Assembly (NCBI GenBank): GCA_049999805.1
Contig: JBNGIO010006279.1
Coordinates: 1-62,532 of the forward strand
DNA: 62,532 nt
Direction: 5' to 3'
Source of the DNA: Folioceros fuciformis
Taxonomy: Eukaryota
The notes under the pieces were generated by a model. It was given only the letters and a program-made list of their open reading frames with translations. It had not been told where the DNA came from and ran no database searches. The position numbers and the translations under genes were made by a program. Of this stretch, positions 12,212 through 24,093 are shown piece by piece (position 1 is the first letter of the stretch; each line of letters begins with the position of its first letter).

Positions 12212-15200
12212 ATGGGGGAGCTCTCCACAGCAGATGGCTCTGAAGTAAGAATATCTCCAGCTGAGCCAGCTCGATCACCTAACAACACTTGTGTTCGTGG
12301 CTGCTGCCAGAACGATAACATTTCATTATGCGTCTCTAAACCCGGGCTGCAGCTGGGCCAGGAGATAGCAAGAGGTAACGGCCTGAATGGTCTTTGCATA
12401 TAGGCCTTGCTTAAACATGCAGCATACCTTGAACTGACGTGTTCCAATCGAAGGTGCGGAGAGCGTGGTCTACGCAGCAAGTCTGTCTGGAAGACCAGTA
12501 GCAGCGAAGAAGCCAAGGTTGGCAACTGTTAATGACATTGATCGGTTTCACCAGGAACTTCAGCTTTTGAGGTTAGTCTCACAGTCAGAATGTGGTTCTT
12601 GCAATGCCCCCCTTCCCTTAAGAGGTATGTGTGATTCAACATTGTGCAACTACTCACCTGTTGGCTGCTTGTTTCTTGTTTATTCTGCAGTGGACTGGAG
12701 CACCCCAATATTGCCTTGCTTGTGGCTGCCCGAGCTCATCCGCCTGATTACATGTTTCTGTTCGACCTTTTTGAGAATGGCAATCTCTCCCGAGCTCTAC
12801 ATGTCCTGGAGTGGCAACCTTCCTTGCAGCAAGTGTTAACGATTGCCAAGCAGCTAGGTTTTGTCGCCTAAACCCTGCTCCTGCTTGTTCTGGTTTCTTG
12901 AATCCCTCCCTGTTAGCTGGTGTGCCTCAATCTGAAGTCACTGACGACGAAGGACTCGCACGTGCAGCAAGTGCTCTAGGCTACTTGCACAAGAAGGGTG
13001 TTGTACACAGGGACGTGAAGCCATCCAACATTCTGGTACACCTGCCTTCTCTAGCAGCATTTCAGTGCAACTGTATGTATGAGCTGCAACTTCTTGAGGC
13101 AAATGGTTGCCCTTGCATGTGCTCGCAGCTTGATAGCAGTTGGGGAGCCCATCTATCTGATTTTGGTCTGGCAACTTATGTCAGCAATCTAGAACAGCCC
13201 AGTGTCCTTAACTGGAAGCCGACTGGCAAGCCAACCGGCGGGTTTCATAAGAAAAACATGGTCGGGACTCTGCTGTACATGGCCCCTGAAGTTCTGAAGA
13301 AAGAGGTGCAAAGTGAAAAGTCTGATGTCTATGCCTTTGGAATTACCATCAAGTGAGTTCAAGAAATGTAGAAACTGTTCAGGTCATGGATTGTTTGAGG
13401 CTTTCAGGTCTCTCTGTGAGCTGATAGGCGGACTGCACAATCTGGTAGGTGGCTTTTAACAGCTTCTGCTGTATGTGGCAGTGAGCTCATAACTGGTGTT
13501 GTTCCTTATACAGACCTGAGAACTGAAGCTCAGGTTTGTCCGACAGCTTATTGGTCATGACAAGAGTTTCCAATGAGGCTTGGGTTTGATCTTAACACCA
13601 TTTATCCTTACAGGCTCACACAGTTCTGGAGATGAACTATACAGAGCAACAACTGTCTGCTGCAGTCTCATCAGGAGAATTGCGGCCTAGTCTTGCCACC
13701 CTGGAGATGGGTGCGCCAGCCAGCCTCAGCTCGCTGATAGAGCAGTGCTGGCACAATGATCCATCACAGAGGCCGTCCTTTGATGATATTATCAACAGCC
13801 TTGCAAGCATCAGTGCGGACCCCGTTGTAGTTGCGGAGCACAACGGGCAAACCCGGATGCCCTCGAGAGGATCTACAACCCAGCCAAAATACGTTGATAT
13901 GGATCTCACTGATGTCGATTGGTCAGCTCGTGCTGCGGAAAATGGTCCAGGGGCAGGCGCTGAGCTGAAGGAAACTCGTGCAGAGTGGCCATGTGCATCC
14001 ACGAGTGACTCATATGTTCCGAAGTTGACGTGTGGCTTCTTTGCTACTCAAGGCGCCAGGGAAACGATGGAAGATACAAACTTCGCTCTGTCTCCGTTTA
14101 TGGATCAACCGTACATGCACTTGTTTGGAGTTTTTGATGGACACAGAGGTATTTCCTGCCGGCCTGTGCGATGATGGACGTCTAAATTCACATCTTGCAA
14201 AGTGGATGACGGACTATTTTGGCTTTCATCATTCTCATCTCTGGGAGTGTGACTGCAAGGTTCTGAGGCAGCGGAGTTTTCGGCCTCTGCCATCCACCGT
14301 CACCTGTCCAAATACTTGACCTTGACAAGGTGTTCGAATGACCTCCTATTGCCCACGTTCAGGTTTGAGATGCCCACAGGTCTTGAAATTCTCACAGTTG
14401 GCTGGTGTTCATTGGCAGCCCAGCAGAGGCCTTACAGTCTGCCTTTGTTCAGACAGATGCTTCATTCCGTCGTGAGCTTGATTCGCTACGGGATCAGAAG
14501 AAAGGTGGTGGAAGAGAGTGGCACCCTGGGTGCACCGCTGCCGTGGTTCTGGTGTTGAATGACAAACTCTTTGTTGCCAATGCCGGAGACTGTAGAACTA
14601 TTCTGTGCAGAAAAGGTGCAGCTGTGGAACTTAGCCAGGTATGTGGCTTCTGCAATCCCCTGGCTTGGAATTGCCTCCAGCACATGCTCGTTCCACTTTT
14701 GTGTGAAAGATGGTCGCTCTGCGTCGGGGATTGTTGACACTTGCACATGCTTTGCCAGGACCACACCGCTGATTGTGTTGCAGAACGGGATCGGGTAGTT
14801 AAGGCAGGAGGCTATGTGGAGTGGCGTGTTGGTGCTTGGCGTGTGGGTGCTGCGGCACTAGAGGTACTTACGTTTTTGTCTTGAGCACTGTGTGCCTTCC
14901 TTTCCTTCGCAACCAGCTGCATGTCTGTCTGCTAAACCCCTCCTATGTTTTCAGGTCACTAGATCCATAGGTGACGATGACCTTAAACCGGCCGTGACGG
15001 CAGAGCCAGAGATTCAGGAAGTCACGCTGTCAGCCGATGACGAGTTCTTGGTAAGAAGGAAGAAAGTGTGTGTGATGCTTGTATCTGAATGTGTCAATGT
15101 CTCTCCCATCTCAACTGTGTTGAACAGGTGATGGCAAGCGACGGGCTGTGGGAAATCCTTGATAACGCGGAAGTGGTCTCCTTGATCAAGAACACGGTCA

Positions 15201-15322
15201 AGGAGCCTTTTATGTGTGCCAAGAGGCTGGCCTCTGAAGCGATTGAGAAGGGCAGCAAAGATAATATCACTGTCATCGTAGCCTTTCTCCGCCCCGTCTC
15301 CACGGTTGAGCGTATCTATTAA
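12212..15322 (+). CDS. Protein kinase and PP2C-like domain-containing protein (At2g40860-type), multi-exon
   Basis: N-terminal PNNTCVRGCC. Kinase motifs VAAKK, HRDVKPSN, LSDFGLA, MVGTLLYMAPE, SDVYAFG. PP2C motifs RETMED, FGVFDGHRG, VANAGDCR, VTRSIGDDDLK, ASDGLW, GSKDNITV. Confidence 0.95.
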
Positions 15323-15755
15323 CCAATTGAAATTTTGCAACACTTCTTCCTCTTTCCAAAAGCAAGGAAGTACATACGTACACGAGGGCGGCTTGAGGTA
15401 CTTCGGCCGAAAAGCAAGGCACCCATCCATTGAAGTATCCACGCGTGCATGTATAACAGGGGGCTTGCCAGAAAGCTACATAGGAGATCGAGAAGTTTAT
15501 TCCAGATGACGTCACGAGTAAATAGACAAGCAATCCATTCCAGTCAGAACCTTGTGGACTGAGCTGGGTTTTATTGTACACTCTCACCACGCGCTCACGT
15601 AAGGTTACCAAGACTGAAATTAATTTCATACCTTCCCTCATTACCTTTTGAGCAGTGGATCAGTGAGGGCGCCCTTGTCCAGGGACCTCACTTCCAGATG
15701 GGGCCATGTCTTGGCGCTTCCAACCACATTCTTCACCAAGATGGTCGACCCGCCA

Positions 15756-16835
15756 TCACCCATATCCCAACTTCACAGTGTCGAGCTTGAGCGTATCCAG
15801 CAGGGAACGTGCATCAGATTGAGGGCCATCATCATTGGGAACGGGAGCTGGTGCGCTGATTGTCTCATCTACCAGTACTAATATGGTGGGGCGTGGGGGA
15901 GAGGACAGTGGTTGTCGGGTGTAAAGCTCCAGGCTGGTCTGCTCTGCGTTTCTGGCCTCTAATTTCAGGGTGTTCATTGCAGCAATGTAGAAAGCCACTC
16001 CTAAAGAACTCGAAGCGAGGGCAAACACACCAGCAGCCGCAAATAGTCCTTGCCTGACCACTAAGCACTGTGAATGTGGTTGCCCGTCATCCTGAAGATG
16101 ATCAGCTTCAACTGTGATGCCAATAAGCAATAATACTGCTGTAACAGCGAAGCTTATCCTGCAAACCAACACAAGCGCTCTGCTCAACACTTACTAAACT
16201 GAGCCAGATCCACCATAAAAATAAGTAGGAAGCAAAGAGGAAGTGATATGAGCCTTGTGAAAGGCCGGGGTGGGGTGCGCTCACCAGGACATCACAAAAA
16301 AGGCAGCAGCTTGCCAGCGGAGGGACGCAGCCGATATCGAGCTTCTGGTTAAGGGCGTGGAGGATCGAAACGTGTTCCGAGTAGGTGGGTGGCATAAGGC
16401 AATACCCATAAATGTTTGTCCAGCAGCAAGTGCTACAATAACGGCCACAAGGGCACCTGCTGCACAGCTCACTGGAGAGGTGCCATTGTTGGTGTACATA
16501 CACATGATAACCACTTTCGGATTTTCGCCAGGAGGGATGACAAGATCCCATTCAACCTGCAGTTGCAAGTTCAGACAACAAATAAGCATCTGTGCTCGAC
16601 ATACAAAAGTCTAGACTGCAGCACGTTCTACATTGATAGCTAGGCAACCAGTGAAAGGCAAAAATAGAGAAAGGAGAGCATGATGTACCTGCGATCTTGT
16701 TGTTTCGGCCACCAAGCAGAGGACGAAAGCGACCAGCCCCAGAACTGTACATAGAACCATCACAATCGTTCCCTTCCTACTTCCAAGCATACCCTTGCTG
16801 GGATCGACCTCGAGGTCTGCGTGCGTGACGGCCAT
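15756..16835 (-). CDS. DUF1218 family multi-pass membrane protein (3 coding exons)
   Basis: MAVTHADLE...LGLVAFVLCLVAETTRSQ | CMYTNNGTSPVSCAAGA...FFVMSW | ISFAVTAVLLLIG...CLVVRQGLFAAAGVFAL are typical DUF1218 motifs. Confidence 0.9.
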
Positions 16836-17473
16836 TGCCTCGACCTGCTCCTGCTACTTCCAGTCAAACTACAATTCCCAGCTTTGTGACGCCCTTAAAT
16901 CACGGTCGGCCCAACCACTGAACAAGCCCTAACAGAAGCTAGACTGAGAGTCTCAGCTTCCAACGCGCATGCCTGAATTCACAATCATGCGACAGTTAGA
17001 CGCCCACTCCAATGCATCGCCGGGTCCTCAGATAACCTAACGGCAGAAAGATGAGCACGCATTCCCCTCCCTTCCCCCCTAGGCCAACCCGATCCGAGAT
17101 CCCGCTTCTCGTCTACAAGAACTCCACGTGTTGTTCCTGTTCACAACTCACCTCGAAGGCCTCCGACACTTCATGTCTTCCTACCCCCGAGCTCAGATCA
17201 ACCCGCTTCCCTCCGCTACAGTGCCAGATCCCGGGACCGAAGACAAACAATCCCCGAAATTCCAGCGGCACCGGATTGGCCGCAATCTAAACGGAAGCCG
17301 AACCCGAGGTCGCAACAACGATCCGAAACCAAACAGCCGCCTTCCCGATGCCAATGCGCAGATTAGTCCGCCACCAAGCGCAACCAGAATTCCGCATTAG
17401 CTACAGCTCCGCGTCCATCTCCTCCCTGGGATCCGAATTCCCGATCATCCTTCCACCAGAATTGCGCGCCCTG

Positions 17474-17546
17474 TCAAGAAGAGCTGCCGTGTGCTGTCCA
17501 GGTACCCCGGAGCCGGGATCCCGCCATGGCATCCGAGCTCCCTCCA
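17474..17546 (-). promoter_or_regulatory. Candidate 5'-leader stem-loop with embedded 17-codon uORF (MAGSRLRGTWTAHGSSS*) upstream of the DUF1218 gene
   Basis: uORF ATG at 17527, TGA at 17476-17474. By-eye pairing: GGGAGCU/AGCUCUU, GCCAUG/CACGGC, CGGG-AUCCCG/CGGGGU-CCUG with a GCUC loop. Confidence 0.5.
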
Positions 17547-18221
17547 ATGCCGCAGCGACGGCCGCACGCCTGGCCCCCGCTCCTGTCACGCCCCGATTAT
17601 AGATCGCTCCACCGCCCTTGCTCCCGCTCTTTCCTCCGCGCGCACTGACGGAGATCGGCAGAATGCTGCGACACGCGAGTGGCGAATCGCGAATCTCGAA
17701 TCGCGGGACGCGAGTCGGAGGAAAGCAGCGCAGCCACAATGGATCACAAGGCGGCACATCCAGCCAGAATGCCACGCCAGAGGGAGCAGGCTGGGGCGAA
17801 GCACGGCCAGGTCAGGCAGGCAGGTGCCAGCCTCGGTCCCCCGGAAGATGTGGTAACTGGCTCGCTCGCCTCCAGCTCCAGCCTCCAGGTCGGGGACCGG
17901 GTCGGGTCGGGTCGTTATCACGCCTATCTCGACCCGGCCAGCCGATTTAACGATACCAAAATAAAAAAACAAGCCATTGGGAATCGAGACGCGTGTCCGG
18001 GGGGTGAGGCGTAACATGGCAGGACGCAACGCGGCAGGCGTCCAGGCGGTCAACCTGAGGCGCATTTTCCGTGGTACAAAGAGGATGTGCCTGAGAACAG
18101 AGCCGGCGCACCTACTGCACCTTGGCGCTGGGCTCCACCTGACCTCACCATCGCTGTATTTCGATCGTTTCTCCCGCAGTGTGCGTCTCAAACTGTGGAT
18201 CATCTACAAATCTAGCTCTAA

Positions 18222-18290
18222 CCAGCCTGCAATCTGTTGCAGCCATTCTCTCCAGCCTGCAATCTGTTGCAGCCATTCTCTCCAGCCTGC
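18222..18290. repeat. 30-bp tandem repeat, about 2.3 copies
   Basis: CCAGCCTGCAATCTGTTGCAGCCATTCTCT at 18222 and 18252, with a partial copy at 18282. Confidence 0.85.
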
Positions 18291-18858
18291 ACTGTGTCAC
18301 TGTATATTGCAGCCTGTCCATCTCCGTCCACCTGTACTTTTCAAAGATTAGGATATACGACGCTTAGCATGCTGGAAAACAGTATATCCTTGCACAAGAG
18401 TAGACCACCTACCATCCACACCATGACCCACGTCGTGAAAAACAAAGTTCAATTTCTGAATGAAAGACACAAGCCAAATTCCTACCCGTCATGACTAAGA
18501 GAACCTGGGAGTAGAGAACCCAAGGCAACACAGAGGTTTGGGCAGGAGCTCTGGCCTGGAGGCTGGGGCGTCTTGTCGAGTTGCAACAGACTGGCTACCG
18601 GACATCCCAGTCAGTGGGTGAGGCTTTTCAGCCCTCGGTGGCAGATGATAGTGAAGTTCTGATCGGTCGAAGATGTTAAGTAAATGCTGAAGGAAATGAG
18701 TGCTCGCATGGAAGAGACATTGTTCGTCTACCTACAAAAATCCAACGGAAGATGAATATCATCCCCGGGTACACGTGGTTAGGGACGAGAGGTGAAGAAG
18801 TGAGGAGCACTTTTTTCGGGGCGGGAACAGGCCCATCTTGTGGTTGGTTATTAGGCTA

Positions 18859-19878
18859 CTAGGATTCTGGTTCAGCTTCGTCCATGACTTTGATGTCGTC
18901 TCGCGAGGTGATCCTTTGCACAAAACCTGGCGAGGGGTGTGGAACAATTAGTAGGCTGCAGTGCACCGTGAGAAGTAGTAGGGCAGTGCTCTAAGGAGAC
19001 GGTGGGAGGGAGGGTGACGATGCGTACCGAGCCCAAGACAGGCTATGCAGCTGCTGTTCACCTCTCGCCCCCTTTTCCGGTGGAAGCTCACCGTGCCTGT
19101 GCCTTGACAGCTCTTGCACTTGCCTGTCCATTGGTAGACCACGTTCTTGCACTCCTGCAAAATAGAAGGCAACTGTTCAGACGACATGCAGCTGAACCCC
19201 GTGTTGCGCAACACCTAAACCCTACCAAAACCTTGGATCTTCGAGGAGGATGGTGAGCACACCTGTACTTCTGCATTGCAGTTCACAAGTTTATCGACTT
19301 CCTCCTTGGAGAGGGGCTTGGGCGAGGGGTAAGCCAGGGGCAAGGGTAGGGCCGAGTCCTTCTTCAGCCGGCTCTCTTCTTTCTTCTCCCACCACTTCCT
19401 AGCATAGATTGTAAGACTAGGACCTGCGCCAAACAAACCAGCGCTATACGAAGATGGTCAGATTGCGAAATCTCCAACCGGAGCTCCTGACAGCAAATCC
19501 GATGGACATTGAGCAGCAGAAACGAGAGATCCTTACCAGCATAGCTGCGAGCTCAAAATGTCAGGACAAGGCGAAATGCAAACTCCCCACCGCACGCTCT
19601 TCCCTTGGCGCCTCCCCATCCCCAGTCCACTGCACTGCTCCTGCCATCTGGTGCCGCCCAGCTGAGACACAGCGACAGGGCCGGGCCACGGCAAGGATAC
19701 TGATGGAGCAATGCTGCATTCTAAGGGGACGGAAAGCCAGTGAGCAGCAGGAGAAGGCGTCATGGGCTTGGCCTGTAGAGACTCCAATGCTGCACAAGCC
19801 TCAGCGCTGCGCCTGACAAAGAGCCTCCAGGGTACAAAGCAGAGGCACAATCACTACCGACCTGGCAACCACTGCCAT
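18859..19878 (-). CDS. SCO2: Chloroplast DnaJ-like zinc-finger protein disulfide isomerase SCO2/CYO1 homolog; 5' exon structure uncertain
   Basis: KWWEKKEESRLKKDSALPLPLAYP...EEVDKLVNCNAEVQ | ECKNVVYQWTGKCKSCQGTG...CIACLGLG | FVQRITSRDDIKVMDEAEPES* matches the SCO2 layout (CxxCxGxG twice). Alternative start at 19763. Confidence 0.85.
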
Positions 19879-20318
19879 GAAGTGATCACGAGGTACTGTG
19901 ATCGCTCCACGCACCTGCTCTGGCCGCCATGACTGACTCCCACATTTATAATAAAATAAGGAGCAGACAGGTTGAAGGATGAAACGTGCCTTGCCTCTCA
20001 AGCTCCCGCATATTCTCCCTTCATCGAGCTTGAGAAGTCCTGCAGCGTGCCTGTCGCACGGAGATGATACCTGGCCGGAAATTGTCCAGGCGGCCACTCC
20101 TTACATTCACATAGCTTGCCACTGGACAAGTGGCTTTTTCTTGCTGGTGAGCCTTCCGAATCCAGCACCAGCCCTATTCTGAGAGGCTGGGCTTACATTA
20201 CGATGTGCTTTTGCAAGCCTGGCAGGAATCCTTAACAGCGACCACCGAGGGAGTGATGGTGTCGTCTCCCGGATCTGGAATCTGAAGCGGAGATAGGGCA
20301 CATCACGGGCGCTGTGAG

Positions 20319-21543
20319 ATGGGACTTGAGCCGGCTGATACAGAATTGCTCACCCTGGACGAGGAGAATATTGTGGGATCGACGCTAGACAGCGAGGTGA
20401 TCCGGTGCCTGGATGCTGTGACGTCTTTGCTGGACCTGCAGCGGTCTACGAGCAACCTTTTGAGGGAGGTGAGTCAATCTGTTGCTCAAATCTTGCTGCC
20501 AGACATATCTGTCCTCCCCGGTTGTAGATGTGATAGTGAAGCGAAGGATTGTGTTGTGCATAGGGATGGTTGGAGATAGCGAAAGCACGGTACACCTTAG
20601 GGCCAACCCGCATAAGCTATCCTCTCTTCAGCCTTCGTCCTTGCGCGGCCTCTACTCTTGTTGGTCTGAGTAGTGTTCCTGCCGACTGCGGAGGTTGGGA
20701 TTTTTCTAGATCCTGTGTTGCAGTTGTGTTCAGTGTGATGTGGGCCTTGGAGCTCGGGTGCTGTTTGACACTTTGCTTCTTTGAGAGCGATTGGGACAAA
20801 CATCCGTAGCTAATCGGTTGTCTGTCTGCAGCAGATCAAGACAAAGGAGCTGATTCTGATGAGGGATTGTCGTCAGCTGATTCCATTGAATTCAACTTCA
20901 AACTGCTGATGGGAGGCTTTGAAGAACAAGAACGTGTTGCCTTCGAAGATGAAGTCAAACCTGCGGTTGCTCCTGCCAAACTGAGGCGTCGCGTCACTTT
21001 GCAAGGTTTACGAGGTAGAGAATTCTTTGTTTCCTGACTTGTGGCACTTGTCTGTCTGACGGTTGAGGTTGTATCAGGCCATGCAACTACGGAGAAACTG
21101 GTGGACGCCTTGGTGCTGTCAGATGATTCAGAATCAGATGCTGAGACTGATCCCTTGTCTTCGAAGGTTTGCCGTTTTCTCCATGCAGTCCTATCAGTTC
21201 CCATCATTTATGATGGAATGCAACATCTTAATTCAGTCTTTGCAGGCAAATAGACATAAGCAGGACCCTCTGCTTATGTTTGGCACCTTGATTCCACCAC
21301 ACCTTAGGGCAGCACAGAGCTTGTTTACAAAAGGTAATGCGTCTTACCAGTATTTTTCTCAACAAGAAGCTTTTCAAGCTCATATGTATGTCTGGACTGT
21401 CGTGTGCAATTTTCTTGACAGCTCTGGAGCTAGTGATCAAGATAGCTGAGACAAAATGCGTGATACAACTCTCCTGTGACAAGGTCATGGCCCTCAAACA
21501 TAGGGATCCGTTGCATACACACGAAGATATCGGAACATCATGA
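20319..21543 (+). CDS. CCDC115: V-ATPase assembly factor CCDC115/Vma22 homolog, multi-exon
   Basis: LDAVTSLLDLQRSTSNLLRE | GWLEIAKARYTLGPTRI ... DPLLMFGTLIPPHLRAAQSLFTK | ALELVIKIAE. Confidence 0.88.
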
Positions 21544-22129
21544 GCTGTGTACGAATACAAATGGGACTGAGCAACATCCTGCCATTATGCTTGAAATGTG
21601 CACGTTTAAACAGAGTTGAGCACCAAAACTCTTGCAAGGAAATGTGTATGAGAATTGGATTACACTTGGAGCGAGAGATTGACGTTGTCACCGACAGAAA
21701 AAACCTTGTACAAGATGTGGCCCACTGTTGCACATAAAAAGTGCTAACAAGTGACTTGTCCCTCCATGACAAAAGGATGGAAGTCATCTGTACTGAAAGT
21801 GAACTAACAATCACTCAGGCGGAGAATCCGCTGTCAGGCCCTCAGTTCGCTAGCTGTGTGAACTGACAGAGACGAGTTGTCCCGCTGTAAGGTGATGCGA
21901 GCTGTCTCCATGATGGCAGAACATCTTCAGAAGGCAATTCCGCATCATGTCAAGCTTTCAAGCGACCGGATCAACAGGCAAAAGCATGCAAATTCCGTGT
22001 CCACATCGTTGCTGAGTTCGCCATCTCAAACAATGTCAAACAATGCGCTATAAGCATGAAGGAGAAAGGCGAAGCTAACAACAAACGACAAAGCCTGAAG
22101 GCACTGCGAGTAATGTGTTACATTTCACC

Positions 22130-22535
22130 CGGTCCCCACGCTTCCCATGGAAGAACATCTGGCCAGGCTACTATACGCTGTTGGAGCCATCTTGTGTAAG
22201 TAAAGAGGATTGTAGATTTGTAGTATTTGATCCCTATCATAAATATGTCGTGTTCTTCTTGTCATGTGAACCTGCGGTCCCAAGGAAGGATGCCTAGAGC
22301 CGCTGACATCGAGCATCCCGTCATTCAAATGTCCCCAGCTACAGTTGTCCACCACTCTCCATCATGCCGGTGCACGCTGAAAATGTGGCCAGACCCATAT
22401 CAACTTATAACAAGACGTTTGATCTGTCTGCCGAAGACCTTCTCCAGGCGGAGTACAGTGTTACATACATCGCTCCCAGTCTTTCCCGGTCCCTATCCAG
22501 GAGAATCGAGACCGGGCAGGGAAACGATAGGCAAA
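22130..22535 (-). pseudogene. F-box paralog relic (5' leader and N-terminal part only)
   Basis: DNA homologous to 23760-24265 and 38340-38800 but frameshifted. Fused at ~22533 to the 3' flank of the next copy. Confidence 0.8.
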
Positions 22536-22617
22536 TGTACATGATTTTGGAGCTGCATAATTGGTAGTAAGCAAACTTCATGATCTGGATATCAAAACTT
22601 CACGGATTGAAAGAGCT

Positions 22618-24093
22618 CTAGGGTTGGGCATCTTTGTTTGGCTTGAAAGTGATGAGCCCGACACATGGCAATCTAGGCGTGTTCGTCCTTGGCATCCCTT
22701 CCAACAATTCCCAAAACCGGTGGATATAGTCAAACATCACTATGTTAACGGAACGGGTGGCCACATTCCCGGTAAAGTAGATAGCGCGTTCATCGGCATC
22801 CAGAATGGTCCAATCTTTGGAGAACCGAGAGAAGAAGGGCCTTGCTGTGCGCACGCTGCGTAAGAGGTCATCTGGCATTTCCGATACGTGTTCCCATCTC
22901 GGTTCCTGGTGCTGGGTGAGCGAGTCATGGCCTACCAACTCCCAAACGCGCACAAAACTGACCATCGGTCTACCATGAAAGTCCGTCCTATACACTCTTT
23001 CGCCGCGTCTGAGGGTCCACGGTCTCCCAAATAAGTCCGTTATCTGTTCTACTTGGCTGCCTGTGACGATCGCGATCCCCAGTTTACCAAATACGTTCGC
23101 TATCCCTATTCTTTCGCTGCCTGTGCTGGCCGTCGGTGTAGCAATCAAGTCCTTCAAAAGTTTTCTTTCACTGCCTGTGACAACTACGAAGATCCTATCG
23201 CCACATCCAGCCAGCGTCATGCTTATAAACGGGCCTTCTATGTCCAGACTTTCAGAGGAAGCCTCGTGAATGAAGGTCCACTCCTGAGCTTCAAGATCGA
23301 ATCTCCAGATCTCCATGCTGTCGTAAACAGCACTTGTCGAGGACCTGGCTTTGAAGAGGCAGTATAATCTTCCTCCCGAGCAACACTTCCTGATGCTTAC
23401 AAGATCGTCCTCCCTCGGATTTACCAATGGAGGCCAAGAATTGCACGTCCTCCATCGTCCCCACCTCGAACGAAAAATAGCCAACCTCGGAGTCTCGATC
23501 CCGATGAAGAGCAAAACGCTGTATTCTTGGGCCGTGTTTGGGTCGTCCTCCGACTGAACCATCTTCAATAGTTTCAGTTGTGAATCATTTTCTTCCCAAA
23601 CAGGCAGACTTTTTCTTGTTTGTGGCGACAGCGGGTTAAGCACCTGGATGCGATGCCGGTACCTGTGAAACCTGTTTGACCCTGAAACCAGCTCACCTCG
23701 CCACAAAACCAAAAGCCCGTTATTCCCTGCCTCCAAAAGTTCGTACACGTCCCATGGACCAACGGCGGGCCACGCTGGTACACGCTTTGGCAACCATCTT
23801 GTGTGTAGCGGATTGTGGATTTGTAGTATTTCATCCCTGTCATAAATATGTCCTAGTCTTCTTGTGATCGGAGACCCCGTAGACAAGATATTGGTACACA
23901 TGACCAAGCAGGTACCAGTCTTCCGCACTTTGCACGAGCTACATGCCTCTCTCCAACGCTTACACACCAGCTCTGCGGATAGGAGGTGAGGATAGCGCAA
24001 ACACGGTAGAATGTGGGCGGAGAAAGCATCGAACATCCCGTAATTCAAATCTTGCAAGCAATTGTTCTCCACCAACTCGCCCTCACCATCCAT
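22618..24093 (-). CDS. F-box protein, copy 1 (491 aa from MDGEG), intronless CDS
   Basis: F-box LQDLNYGMFDAFSAHILPCLRYPHLLSAELVCKRWREAC, followed by a beta-rich plant F-box-associated-like C-terminus ending FKP. Paralog of the two copies below. Confidence 0.88.
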   Translation of the reverse strand: MDGEGELVENNCLQDLNYGMFDAFSAHILPCLRYPHLLSAELVCKRWREACSSCKVRKTGTCLVMCTNILSTGSPITRRLGHIYDRDEILQIHNPLHTRWLPKRVPAWPAVGPWDVYELLEAGNNGLLVLWRGELVSGSNRFHRYRHRIQVLNPLSPQTRKSLPVWEENDSQLKLLKMVQSEDDPNTAQEYSVLLFIGIETPRLAIFRSRWGRWRTCNSWPPLVNPREDDLVSIRKCCSGGRLYCLFKARSSTSAVYDSMEIWRFDLEAQEWTFIHEASSESLDIEGPFISMTLAGCGDRIFVVVTGSERKLLKDLIATPTASTGSERIGIANVFGKLGIAIVTGSQVEQITDLFGRPWTLRRGERVYRTDFHGRPMVSFVRVWELVGHDSLTQHQEPRWEHVSEMPDDLLRSVRTARPFFSRFSKDWTILDADERAIYFTGNVATRSVNIVMFDYIHRFWELLEGMPRTNTPRLPCVGLITFKPNKDAQP

